Sequence record: MN871446.1
Reading direction: 5' to 3' (one strand)
DNA: 64,000 nucleotides
Source: Klebsiella phage KpLz-2_45
Shown: positions 36,757 to 44,749 of the stretch, piece by piece
Layout of the letters: each line of letters starts with the position of its first letter
How positions within the stretch are numbered: the first letter of the stretch is position 1
Program-made: the position numbers and the translations under genes
Notes under the pieces: generated by a model
Databases searched by the model: none
Told to the model about the DNA's origin: nothing
The model's input: the letters and a program-made list of their open reading frames with translations, nothing else

Positions 36757-37197
36757 CTATTTTTCAGGCGGTAGGCCGTTATTAAAACGGTTCGCTTCCA
36801 TCACCGGGAGATTCGCTTCTGTCGGGACGTAGATCACTTGGTTCTTAGTTTGCTGTAAGCTATCTACCCAAAGGTAACGGAGATACGCTTCGTTGTTCTT
36901 CAAGCTGTCACCAATGATCTTGTTCGCCTTGGCGACACCGCCTGCACGAATAACCTCTGCCTCCGCCAAACTTTTAGCGGACTCTTTCTTAGCCTCTGCT
37001 TCCTGTACGGCGATCTGACGATCCTGCGTGGCTTTCATCAGAGCGGCTTTCCCCGCCATCCCCTGCTGCCAAACATTGTAGTACGGGCACCCCGCCATCA
37101 GCAGCACTATAAACGCAACAATGCCGATGGCCGCCCATTTACCCACCTTCTTTAATAACGACTTTACGTCGAAATCATTATCAGCGTAACGATTCAT
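36757..37197 (-). CDS. membrane-anchored protein with SPFH/band-7 (HflC/prohibitin) C-terminal-like coiled region
   Basis: 146 aa; N-terminal TM, then AEAEVIRAGGVAKANKIIGDSL..N..YLRYLWV...VIYVP...LPV resembling the C-terminal part of the SPFH family. Confidence 0.5.
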   Translation of the reverse strand: MNRYADNDFDVKSLLKKVGKWAAIGIVAFIVLLMAGCPYYNVWQQGMAGKAALMKATQDRQIAVQEAEAKKESAKSLAEAEVIRAGGVAKANKIIGDSLKNNEAYLRYLWVDSLQQTKNQVIYVPTEANLPVMEANRFNNGLPPEK

Positions 37198-37227
37198 TTC
37201 TATTTCCTATTTTTTAAACCAGTAAAC

Positions 37228-37917
37228 TTATTTGTTGGTTTTGGTGATATACCACTTCCAAAGGCCGTAGAAAGCATTCATCAAGAATACTGCCCACTGT
37301 GCCACCTGCGCCCATGAACCCGGTTGATTAAGCGCCGGGATCACCCACAGATAAATCGTGACGCAGTTGATAATGATCCAGAGAATCCATTGTTCTGGCT
37401 GCTGCTTGATCATCATCCACATGGCGATGAGCGATGCGACTAAGCAGAACGCGTCTAATGCAGGAAACGGATCCTGCGTAGTTTTCAGGTATTCGGTCAG
37501 GCCATACCAGAAGATAACCCCAACAACCAGATAAGTTATCACGTCACGTAAAGTGATCGTTTTAACCGCTACGTCAGCTTTGGCTGGAGTTTTGCCCAGG
37601 TCTTTCGTCCAGTAATAAATACCGATAAACTGCATGGGAAGGTAAATAGCGTTCAACGCCGCATTGGCATAAAGGCCGGTATTGTACGAAACAATACCGT
37701 AGGTAATTACGCCAATCGTCCCCCAGTAATAATTAGAGACGCGACCCTTCGCCACCAGAATCACGCAGACGACGTTAGTCAGCGCTGCCGTGAATTCTAA
37801 CGGACTGGCTTGCCAGCTCCCTAATCCGACGACGATTAACGCTACGATCAGCCAAAAGTATTCGACTTTCTTCCAGTGCGCAAAGTCAGTGAAAGTTTTC
37901 ATTACCAATGAGTTCAT
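37228..37917 (-). CDS. pnuC: nicotinamide riboside transporter PnuC
   Basis: 229 aa. Collinear with E. coli PnuC: multi-TM profile, WxxVE, NVVCVILVAKG, IYYW, ILWIIIN-type conserved stretches. AAGGA SD. Confidence 0.85.
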   Translation of the reverse strand: MNSLVMKTFTDFAHWKKVEYFWLIVALIVVGLGSWQASPLEFTAALTNVVCVILVAKGRVSNYYWGTIGVITYGIVSYNTGLYANAALNAIYLPMQFIGIYYWTKDLGKTPAKADVAVKTITLRDVITYLVVGVIFWYGLTEYLKTTQDPFPALDAFCLVASLIAMWMMIKQQPEQWILWIIINCVTIYLWVIPALNQPGSWAQVAQWAVFLMNAFYGLWKWYITKTNK

Positions 37918-38061
37918 CTATTAAATCCTTCGAGAAAAGTTGAGATGTAACTTGCGGATCTCAGATTAAGTTTGTCGCCAAATACAGCGTGGTAAAAGCG
38001 ATAGTTATCGCCTAACATCCGCTTTATTTTGCGTTGCGTACGCCGTTGTTGAGTCATGAAA

Positions 38062-39273
38062 TCATCCACCCCAATCAGCGGGGTTCTGATGAGAACCAGC
38101 CTCGATGCTTTCTACCATACTCCAATCTTTATCAAAGTTACCACCGCTGGCAGCAGGAGGGAACTTATTTGGAATTTCTGGAGCGCTCTGGCCGGCAGTG
38201 CCGTTACCGGATAACAAGTTATCAACCGCTTCACGTGATTGATCTAAACGACCTTTGTAAGAGTCCCCTTTAATGAATACAGTGCGCCCCCATGGTGTTT
38301 GGTTTTTAAATTCCCAAAGCATTTGTTGGAAGAGACTCTCTGTTTTCTCGCGGTCAGGATTCAGCCGCAGACCATCATCGACCCATGGTACTTCCGGCGA
38401 AAGAATCAACACGAGATCGTAATGCTCTTCAGCCGCGATAGCAGAAACAATAGGGTTAGGTTTACCCTCGTACAGCCGATGGTAATATTCCGTAATGAAG
38501 GCGTTCGTATCGATGAAACAGAGTCGATTAGAAGTACGTAATGCTTCCTCCTCCAGCTCTTTGTGACGATACGCAATCAACGGGTAGTCAGAACTACGGA
38601 GAGTCGCTTCCGAACCCGCTAAGACCGTTTCACAGTACGTACGGCCGTACTCTTCAACCCAGCTGGTATTGTAGAGTTTGGCGAGGTTCTTGACGAGGGA
38701 ACTTTTCCCAGAACTCTCAACGCCTAATACGACCACCCGCAAACAATAATCTTTACGGACAATGCTCGGGAGATATTCCCAATGGTCGTAAAGGTTTTCA
38801 CGGATCATCGTGGCGGAGATGGGGACGCGGGTACGGTTACTGTCAACGATAACGTGTTCTACAAAACCGAGGTGCGTTTTGTATTTTTCATCGTAATCCA
38901 GCTCGCTACTGAAAATAGCAATGCTCTGCGCCTGACTGTGATTAGCTGCCAGTCTACCTGCCTCGTTGAAAATCTTAGCGCCGAGCAGAGCAGCGTATTC
39001 TTTCCAGCCGTTCGGGTATTCCGGTACAGAAGCCTCATCAATGAAATCGATCGTGACGTGCTCTGTATCCGCGTAAGTCTGTTGCAGCCAGCGCAGACGA
39101 TTCTTGAAATTGAGTACCTTTTGGTCTCGTGGCGATTGTTTATCCAGCCAACGTTGGTCGTGGGAAAGAATGACGAGGACATGCTTAGACTGCACAGCAG
39201 CCTCTGTGATTAAGTTGATGTGCCCCAACGTAAGGGGTGCGAATTTACCGATTACTACGCCTAAGTCAAACAT
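38062..39273 (-). CDS. nadR: NadR-type bifunctional NMN adenylyltransferase / ribosylnicotinamide kinase. It lacks the N-terminal HTH repressor domain and has a ~50-aa C-terminal Gly/Ser-rich extension.
   Basis: GKFAPLTLGHINLI (NMNAT H-x-G-H), LRWLQQT, YPNGW, ISATMIRENLYDHWEYLP, VVVLGVESSGKSSLVKNLA (RNK P-loop), RLCFIDTNAFIT, YDLVLILSPEVPWVDDGLR match E. coli NadR throughout. Confidence 0.9.
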   Translation of the reverse strand: MFDLGVVIGKFAPLTLGHINLITEAAVQSKHVLVILSHDQRWLDKQSPRDQKVLNFKNRLRWLQQTYADTEHVTIDFIDEASVPEYPNGWKEYAALLGAKIFNEAGRLAANHSQAQSIAIFSSELDYDEKYKTHLGFVEHVIVDSNRTRVPISATMIRENLYDHWEYLPSIVRKDYCLRVVVLGVESSGKSSLVKNLAKLYNTSWVEEYGRTYCETVLAGSEATLRSSDYPLIAYRHKELEEEALRTSNRLCFIDTNAFITEYYHRLYEGKPNPIVSAIAAEEHYDLVLILSPEVPWVDDGLRLNPDREKTESLFQQMLWEFKNQTPWGRTVFIKGDSYKGRLDQSREAVDNLLSGNGTAGQSAPEIPNKFPPAASGGNFDKDWSMVESIEAGSHQNPADWGG

Positions 39274-39291
39274 CTGATATACCCTTCCTTA

Positions 39292-39606
39292 TTAGCCTAC
39301 GAAATGGTGATAAAGACGATGCAAGTCCCAGCCCTTATGATTCATCGCATTGAATCCCTGCTCATTCTTGACTACCACCTTGACGGCGTAGTCTTCCATC
39401 AGAAGGAAATCCCGCCCTGACTTAGAATGAATATCGCCATCGTAGACCGGACCATCTACAATCAGCTGGTTCATCGTGCCGATAACATGGCCAACGTCAT
39501 TCCGCTCGAGTAACATCGTCACGGTTTTCTCTAACTCGGCAGCGTACGCCATATCTACTTCTTCATCGGCATCTAGACCACAAATCTCAATAATCTGATT
39601 CAACAT
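39292..39606 (-). CDS. hypothetical protein
   Basis: 104 aa; AAAGGAAA SD. Confidence 0.45.
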   Translation of the reverse strand: MLNQIIEICGLDADEEVDMAYAAELEKTVTMLLERNDVGHVIGTMNQLIVDGPVYDGDIHSKSGRDFLLMEDYAVKVVVKNEQGFNAMNHKGWDLHRLYHHFVG

Positions 39607-39619
39607 GTTTTAGTTTCCT

Positions 39620-40012
39620 TTATTCGGTCCAGGGACGGAAAGTCCATGTACGAACTTTGTATTTACGATTATCAAAACGACGGCTACGGATATAGACCTC
39701 TACAGTTAAACTCGTTGCCGTTGGGGTGAGAAAAACAACCAGGTGTGCGGGTTCGTACTGGTACACCTCCGCTAAAGAAACAAACGCCGAGAACGGCAGA
39801 CTTTTCTTTTCAGCGGAACGGAGATTCCGATAGAGCAGTTTCACTGCGCGTTTAGCGAACACCTGGTCGTGGTAACTGGCGTGACGGAGACTTTTCCGAT
39901 TAGCGTTTAACTTCATCAGAAACAAACGCTTCTCCGCCCATGGGAGGTAATAGCTCAAACTGATCCCTGCCCCAGAAAACAATATTGCTGATAGTGTTTT
40001 CATTAACGCCAT
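39620..40012 (-). CDS. hypothetical protein
   Basis: 130 aa; AGGAG SD. Confidence 0.45.
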   Translation of the reverse strand: MALMKTLSAILFSGAGISLSYYLPWAEKRLFLMKLNANRKSLRHASYHDQVFAKRAVKLLYRNLRSAEKKSLPFSAFVSLAEVYQYEPAHLVVFLTPTATSLTVEVYIRSRRFDNRKYKVRTWTFRPWTE

Positions 40013-40025
40013 TAATTTTCTTCTC

Positions 40026-40268
40026 CTATCGTATATCGTTGTTGTCTTTCTTGAACGGGTTATAGATGTTCAAGTACCAAACCAACCCGACGAATATTCC
40101 GATGCAGATAAAAGGCCATGCAATACCAATTGTCAAAACCTTCCAGATCTCCATACGGAGGACGACGCGGCGATACTTGGGGTTAACAATTGGTTTCCAA
40201 ACAATCATCAGAAACACAACCGCCCAGAGCGCCCCGCCGGCAGATATCAACATTCCCGCTGTACTCAT
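40026..40268 (-). CDS. small two-TM membrane protein
   Basis: 80 aa; ATGA coupling. Confidence 0.45.
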   Translation of the reverse strand: MSTAGMLISAGGALWAVVFLMIVWKPIVNPKYRRVVLRMEIWKVLTIGIAWPFICIGIFVGLVWYLNIYNPFKKDNNDIR

Positions 40269-40579
40269 GACTTCACACCTACCGTTAAAAGGAGGGTTCG
40301 CAGGTAATCCGCATCCGGGTTGAGTACAACACTGAACCGACTGTTGTCGTGAATCAGAATCAAATCACCAGGATAAAGAACTGCGGTGTGATTTCCGTCG
40401 TACACGAAATTCAAGGTCGCGTAATCTAACGCGTCTTGTTCAGGAAACCGTGGCGTGACGGGTGGTTCATTCAGGATATCGGCGGCGGGGTCGCCTGCCA
40501 GGATACGTAAGAACCCGTTGTACTCAGTCGGAACAATAGGGAGTTCCACATATTTCAGTTCAATCACGTGCGTTAACAT
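40265..40579 (-). CDS. hypothetical protein
   Basis: 104 aa. Confidence 0.45.
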   Translation of the reverse strand: MLTHVIELKYVELPIVPTEYNGFLRILAGDPAADILNEPPVTPRFPEQDALDYATLNFVYDGNHTAVLYPGDLILIHDNSRFSVVLNPDADYLRTLLLTVGVKS

Positions 40580-40596
40580 GATTCACCTCTTTATCG

Positions 40597-41091
40597 TTAG
40601 TTATTAAAGGATCGAAAGAATTCGTTGCCGTGTTTAACCCCGTCGAGAATGTCGTTACAGAGCTTTGGTATTTGTCTGATAACTAGGATATCCATAATCT
40701 TGAAATCGGCACAGTGGATAGCCCGGAGTTTTTCATAAGCGAGATCACCTTTAAGTGAACGCGTAATGCCGAGGAGATCACAGGTGTTTGTAACAGGGCA
40801 AAGAGAAAACCAACCTTGCTTTGCGTAGGTGTCAAAGTCCATGATTAGTTTTCTTAGACCGACTTCTTTAAACGGGTCATTACCCGCTGAGGGCCAGTTG
40901 ATAGCCCTGGTTAACGGGTGAAGCGAATTTAACCAGAGAACGAAAGGGTCCGACTCTTCATAGGTCGCGTTTTCAGGAGCAAGATTACTCAGCGCTGTTC
41001 CGTTACCAATGCCGCTAAATTGTTTCTGATTTTCCATCGTTACCTTATCCACACCCGTCGCAAAGACTTTACCAAAAAATTTAATAAGCAT
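40597..41091 (-). CDS. hypothetical protein
   Basis: 164 aa. Confidence 0.5.
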   Translation of the reverse strand: MLIKFFGKVFATGVDKVTMENQKQFSGIGNGTALSNLAPENATYEESDPFVLWLNSLHPLTRAINWPSAGNDPFKEVGLRKLIMDFDTYAKQGWFSLCPVTNTCDLLGITRSLKGDLAYEKLRAIHCADFKIMDILVIRQIPKLCNDILDGVKHGNEFFRSFNN

Positions 41092-41351
41092 TAGAGCCCC
41101 TCGGTTGAGAACATTTTTAACCCGTGTCGATAGTGAACGCGGTTTTTCAATAGATGACCCATCTCAGCACATTTTTTCAGCCTGGTCGCAAGTAACGTTT
41201 TCCCCATCCGGCGTGGCGCTGAAATTGTGAGATTACTGTCTAAATCATCAAAATAGGGTTTGGATACTTTAATGAGGAAAATATGGTTGGCGGTGACGGA
41301 ACTTCTTTTCAGTTTCCCTCTCTGTATTTTCAAACATTTTTTCAAGGCCAT
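41091..41351 (-). CDS. hypothetical protein
   Basis: 86 aa; 1-nt overlap. Confidence 0.4.
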   Translation of the reverse strand: MALKKCLKIQRGKLKRSSVTANHIFLIKVSKPYFDDLDSNLTISAPRRMGKTLLATRLKKCAEMGHLLKNRVHYRHGLKMFSTEGL

Positions 41352-41360
41352 AGCGTCTCC

Positions 41361-41486
41361 TTATTCTAGTGAATCATAGAGCTTCTTACCAATAGCAAAC
41401 AGTATCTTAAGTATCGCACCGGAGATGTACCAAGCACCACCGTAACAGAAGATTACGAAGATAACGATTTTCCATTCTACTGGCAT
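41361..41486 (-). CDS. small hydrophobic peptide MPVEWKIVIFVIFCYGGAWYISGAILKILFAIGKKLYDSLE (41 aa; not in ORF track)
   Basis: GGAGGTG SD 4 nt before the ATG; single predicted TM; fills an otherwise empty 190-nt gap. Confidence 0.4.
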   Translation of the reverse strand: MPVEWKIVIFVIFCYGGAWYISGAILKILFAIGKKLYDSLE

Positions 41487-41548
41487 AGTACACCTCCGGT
41501 ATTTAAGAAATAATAACTGAGAGAGGGCATTATCCCTCTCTCAGTCGG

Positions 41549-42175
41549 TCAATATAAGTTTTCGGAATAAAGTTCGTTGTTAATAATGATAACGTTGGGA
41601 CGTGTGGCGTTAATTTGTCCGGCGTGTTTCGCAATGACAAACGCGTCTTCTCGATTCCAATAACGATCCCATTGATCGATAAACCCTTGTCCGCTACCGT
41701 GCGGGAAATTGACAGGTTCTTCACCTGCCTTTGCTCGGAGGCGTTTGATCTCATCGCCGAGGATATGCTGTAGAAGCGAACCGTGGCGCGAAGAAGGAAT
41801 GACCAAAGGCTCTTCTTCTTTTAACCCCAGTGCTTCTCCGAGTCTTTCATTCGGTTTCACTGTTCCCCAGATATTTGCCGCTGAAACGATACGGACCTGA
41901 ACAAAGATACCTGGTGACGGCTCGTGTACGCAAATAGCCGGGAGGGTTGCTCTTTGTTCTTCAGTGAGTACTTCGTCATCAGCGTAGCCTTCCTCTTTAC
42001 GGAAATGAGATTCGGCTAATTGACACGACGCGAGGATATCCATGGCCAATTTGCGAGCAGAGTCGATATCAAACTCGTACTGCCCGCTCTTTAACTGAAT
42101 AACCTTATCATCGCGAATGTCGTAATCGCGGATATCTACTCGACTGTAGTCACCTTCATGAATCATTTTAGTCAT
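41549..42175 (-). CDS. hypothetical protein
   Basis: 208 aa. Confidence 0.5.
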   Translation of the reverse strand: MTKMIHEGDYSRVDIRDYDIRDDKVIQLKSGQYEFDIDSARKLAMDILASCQLAESHFRKEEGYADDEVLTEEQRATLPAICVHEPSPGIFVQVRIVSAANIWGTVKPNERLGEALGLKEEEPLVIPSSRHGSLLQHILGDEIKRLRAKAGEEPVNFPHGSGQGFIDQWDRYWNREDAFVIAKHAGQINATRPNVIIINNELYSENLY

Positions 42176-42458
42176 TAAGATTCTTCCTCAAGGAAAGTTT
42201 CTGTCCCAGTTTGAGGGTGCGGATCGGAAGTTCGATTGACCCACACGCATTGGCGATAATGGTTCCTGTCGGTGTTCCGACCACCGCAGTGAATTCATCG
42301 GGATGTTTCTCAATCAACCCGATGCTGGCGGAGAACAGATCTTCATCGCGCGCGAGTAGATGTAAATCAGTTTCACTTACGATGTCGCCGATGTAAGGGT
42401 AATTTGGATTGCGGTCATAGGCGACAGTTGGAGACTGCTTGACTTTCTTTGCCGACAT
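42168..42458 (-). CDS. hypothetical protein
   Basis: 96 aa; 8-nt overlap. Confidence 0.45.
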   Translation of the reverse strand: MSAKKVKQSPTVAYDRNPNYPYIGDIVSETDLHLLARDEDLFSASIGLIEKHPDEFTAVVGTPTGTIIANACGSIELPIRTLKLGQKLSLRKNLND

Positions 42459-42886
42459 TATTCCTTCCCTCCGGAGATAACCGAAAATGGGTTTGGTTTC
42501 TTAGTTTCTTTTACCGGTTCAGCGGGTTCGTCAGAACGCCCGTCAGCAGTGATGAGTTTTTGCGGGAGTTGAATCATCTGTTCCGGGTTATCAGGGTTAA
42601 ACATCTGAATGACGGACCCCCACGGGAAAGTGTCTGAGGCGAGTTTACCCCCGAAACGCCCTTCGAAGAACAACCCTTCGTCCAGTGAAGAAAGCTGACA
42701 GGAATGCGGAGAAACATTCAGTGTCAATACGTGATAACCCTGCATGTTAGGTACCGGTTTGACATATTGACGAAGAATGGGATTCACGGTGATTTCGGTA
42801 CCAAAGACCGTGATGTAAATACGACTGCCATTATCGATAAGCCAGCTATAACCTGCATCAAACAACGCTTTATTTAAAGAAGACAT
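42458..42886 (-). CDS. hypothetical protein
   Basis: 142 aa; first gene after promoter motif #7. Confidence 0.5.
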   Translation of the reverse strand: MSSLNKALFDAGYSWLIDNGSRIYITVFGTEITVNPILRQYVKPVPNMQGYHVLTLNVSPHSCQLSSLDEGLFFEGRFGGKLASDTFPWGSVIQMFNPDNPEQMIQLPQKLITADGRSDEPAEPVKETKKPNPFSVISGGKE

Positions 42887-42915
42887 GTGTTACTCCCGAT
42901 TGTTATTTAATTACC

Positions 42916-42943
42916 TTCACTCAGGTGATATAGATTTTAAAAG
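42916..42943 (-). promoter_or_regulatory. conserved promoter-like motif copy 7
   Basis: Overlaps the stop of 42917-43411; upstream of 42458-42886. Confidence 0.5.
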
Positions 42944-43411
42944 CCGTCGAGTTTCTTCCCAAAACTCCACTAACCATTCTCCGCTTTTAGGCGTAACAAC
43001 TTTAACGTCGTCTTCCCAGACACGCGCCCCTTTCTCCATTCGCCAATTACCGAAAACGTAGTAATGGGTAAAAGGTAGGGTTGAATTGACCAGCGCTTGG
43101 TATTGGTGTTTGTAAGTATTCAATTTCGCCAGATTAGCAGCTTTGATAATCGAGAGGAAATCGGGATGATGAACCACTTCCAGTTTCTTCCCAAATGCTT
43201 TCGCCTCGTTACCGTACAAGCCTCTGAGGTATTGGTGTTTAAAACCGGTTTTTGCGTAATACCAAAACCCTTCCATACTTTCAAAGTTTCCGTACTCAGG
43301 GTGAATGAAAGGTGTCTTTGGAAAGTGAGAGAGAAAGAACCCGAGACGGTTCTTGGACTTAGAGTAAATGTTGATGTGGTCAATACCGTCATTGTTTGGG
43401 TTCAAAGTCAT
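42917..43411 (-). CDS. hypothetical protein; possible NADAR (YbiA/DUF1768-like) ADP-ribose-processing domain (tentative)
   Basis: 164 aa. INIYSKS..LGFFLSHFP and EGFWYYAKTGF loosely parallel YbiA INFYS..YGDFSNFA and EHYFQAQKF. C-terminal LVEFWEETRRLL parallels LGYLLMELREQL. By-eye similarity only. Confidence 0.45.
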   Translation of the reverse strand: MTLNPNNDGIDHINIYSKSKNRLGFFLSHFPKTPFIHPEYGNFESMEGFWYYAKTGFKHQYLRGLYGNEAKAFGKKLEVVHHPDFLSIIKAANLAKLNTYKHQYQALVNSTLPFTHYYVFGNWRMEKGARVWEDDVKVVTPKSGEWLVEFWEETRRLLKSISPE

Positions 43412-43667
43412 CAGGTGCTACCTTCCTGTACGCGTAAGTTTTTCGGAGAATATGTTTTTTCATCGGGCCCCAATAATTATTTTTGATACGATAGATTAAA
43501 TGAAGTTGTTTAATCGTATAGTTGAACCGTCTTTCCGCTGTATCGAGGAATAATAACACAGGGGTCATCAATTTACGGGCTTTAACGATTTTTCTTTTAT
43601 TTGTCCATATGACTTTAATCAGAACTTGATTCAACAAGTTATTCAAATCGCTGTTATCTATCGCCAT
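43389..43667 (-). CDS. hypothetical basic protein
   Basis: 92 aa. Confidence 0.4.
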   Translation of the reverse strand: MAIDNSDLNNLLNQVLIKVIWTNKRKIVKARKLMTPVLLFLDTAERRFNYTIKQLHLIYRIKNNYWGPMKKHILRKTYAYRKVAPDDFEPKQ

Positions 43668-43668
43668 T

Positions 43669-43896
43669 TTAGAACCCCGGTGTAGTTATCCAAAACCAAA
43701 CTTCTTCGTAGATACGAAAAAATGTCGGCCACAGCAGTAGAGTCGTTCCCAAAACAAATGCGAAATTGTTTATTTTTTTCTTTAGGGGTAATCTTCGAAA
43801 TAGATCAAGAATAAAAGACAGTATCATAAGGGCAAATAGTAAAGCAGCAAAAAGCAACATCCACTCCCCGACAACAGTGGTTGAGTAAAGGTTCAT
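43669..43896 (-). CDS. small membrane protein (ATG at 43896 with GGGAG SD; track extends to 43971)
   Basis: Strong SD directly after the upstream stop; two hydrophobic segments. Confidence 0.45.
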   Translation of the reverse strand: MNLYSTTVVGEWMLLFAALLFALMILSFILDLFRRLPLKKKINNFAFVLGTTLLLWPTFFRIYEEVWFWITTPGF

Positions 43897-43907
43897 TTTC
43901 TTACTCC

Positions 43908-44312
43908 CTAGCACCAGTAAAAGATAGACCCCAATACCACCAACGCAGCAATAATGAAGGTTAATACCCATTTATCGTGTAGAAAACTTCCTTTTGTTTT
44001 TCCCGCTGAAAAGGCTGGCTTCCCATCATTGAGTCGCCTTACGATCGTCTCTACTTCGTAATAGTAATTTTCATACCGGTCAGAAATACCCTTCTCGTCG
44101 TAAAGTGAACCGTCCATTTTATATCTTAACGGTAGAAGGTTACGTGATAGAATATAACCGTCACTGTTTTTTATCACTGCCCATTTCGGTTCAATGGAAG
44201 GACTAGTACGCGGAAACAGTTTAATATCGGGACTTCGTTTTGCTTCGAGAACAAAAAACTTAGGTTCCTTACTCTCTTCTATCTTTATATCCCCACCTAT
44301 TATTTCCACCAT
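43908..44312 (-). CDS. C-terminally membrane-anchored protein, paralog family B
   Basis: 134 aa; shares LPL.Y...RLNDG and a C-terminal TM with 44300-44728. Confidence 0.5.
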   Translation of the reverse strand: MVEIIGGDIKIEESKEPKFFVLEAKRSPDIKLFPRTSPSIEPKWAVIKNSDGYILSRNLLPLRYKMDGSLYDEKGISDRYENYYYEVETIVRRLNDGKPAFSAGKTKGSFLHDKWVLTFIIAALVVLGSIFYWC

Positions 44313-44728
44313 ACCGTTATCCCCTGTTGAATGAGAAAACCGACAGAAAAAAGAAACCCTGCTAATAACATTCCCGCCGCCATTTGTAATAATGGACTTT
44401 GATTGAAAACGGCTTTAAACCGGTTCCATCGGGTATTATAGAAGTCTATTTCAAATCCTGCGATGACACGATCATTTAAACGCCCTGCTTCTTTTTCTGC
44501 ACCTTCTTTAAAACGATAAGCGAATAATTCCTGACAACCTAATGCATCGGCTAGGTTTCCGTTCGGCCCTGGGTAACACAACGGAAGTTCATTAGAAGAA
44601 ATGACTGCGCCGTTGATATTCACGACAACCCAACTCCCCTTTGCGTCAGGGTGTTCAATCGCTCGAAAGAATTTTCTTTCGATGTAATAAAATTGAGGGC
44701 CCGAAGGCCCTCTTTTATTTTTTTCCAA
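44300..44728 (-). CDS. C-terminally membrane-anchored protein, paralog family B
   Basis: 142 aa; ELPLCYPGPNG...RLNDRV and a C-terminal TM. Confidence 0.5.
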   Translation of the reverse strand: MEKNKRGPSGPQFYYIERKFFRAIEHPDAKGSWVVVNINGAVISSNELPLCYPGPNGNLADALGCQELFAYRFKEGAEKEAGRLNDRVIAGFEIDFYNTRWNRFKAVFNQSPLLQMAAGMLLAGFLFSVGFLIQQGITVWWK

Positions 44729-44749
44729 AAGGAACGTCCTCTTTAGAAC

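Noticed and set aside
37918-38061. pnuC-motif (NAD+-II) riboswitch in the 144-nt gap upstream of pnuC
   Set aside because: The gap is unusually long, but I cannot recognise the pseudoknotted consensus by eye. Covariance-model search (Rfam RF01690 pnuC motif) would be needed.
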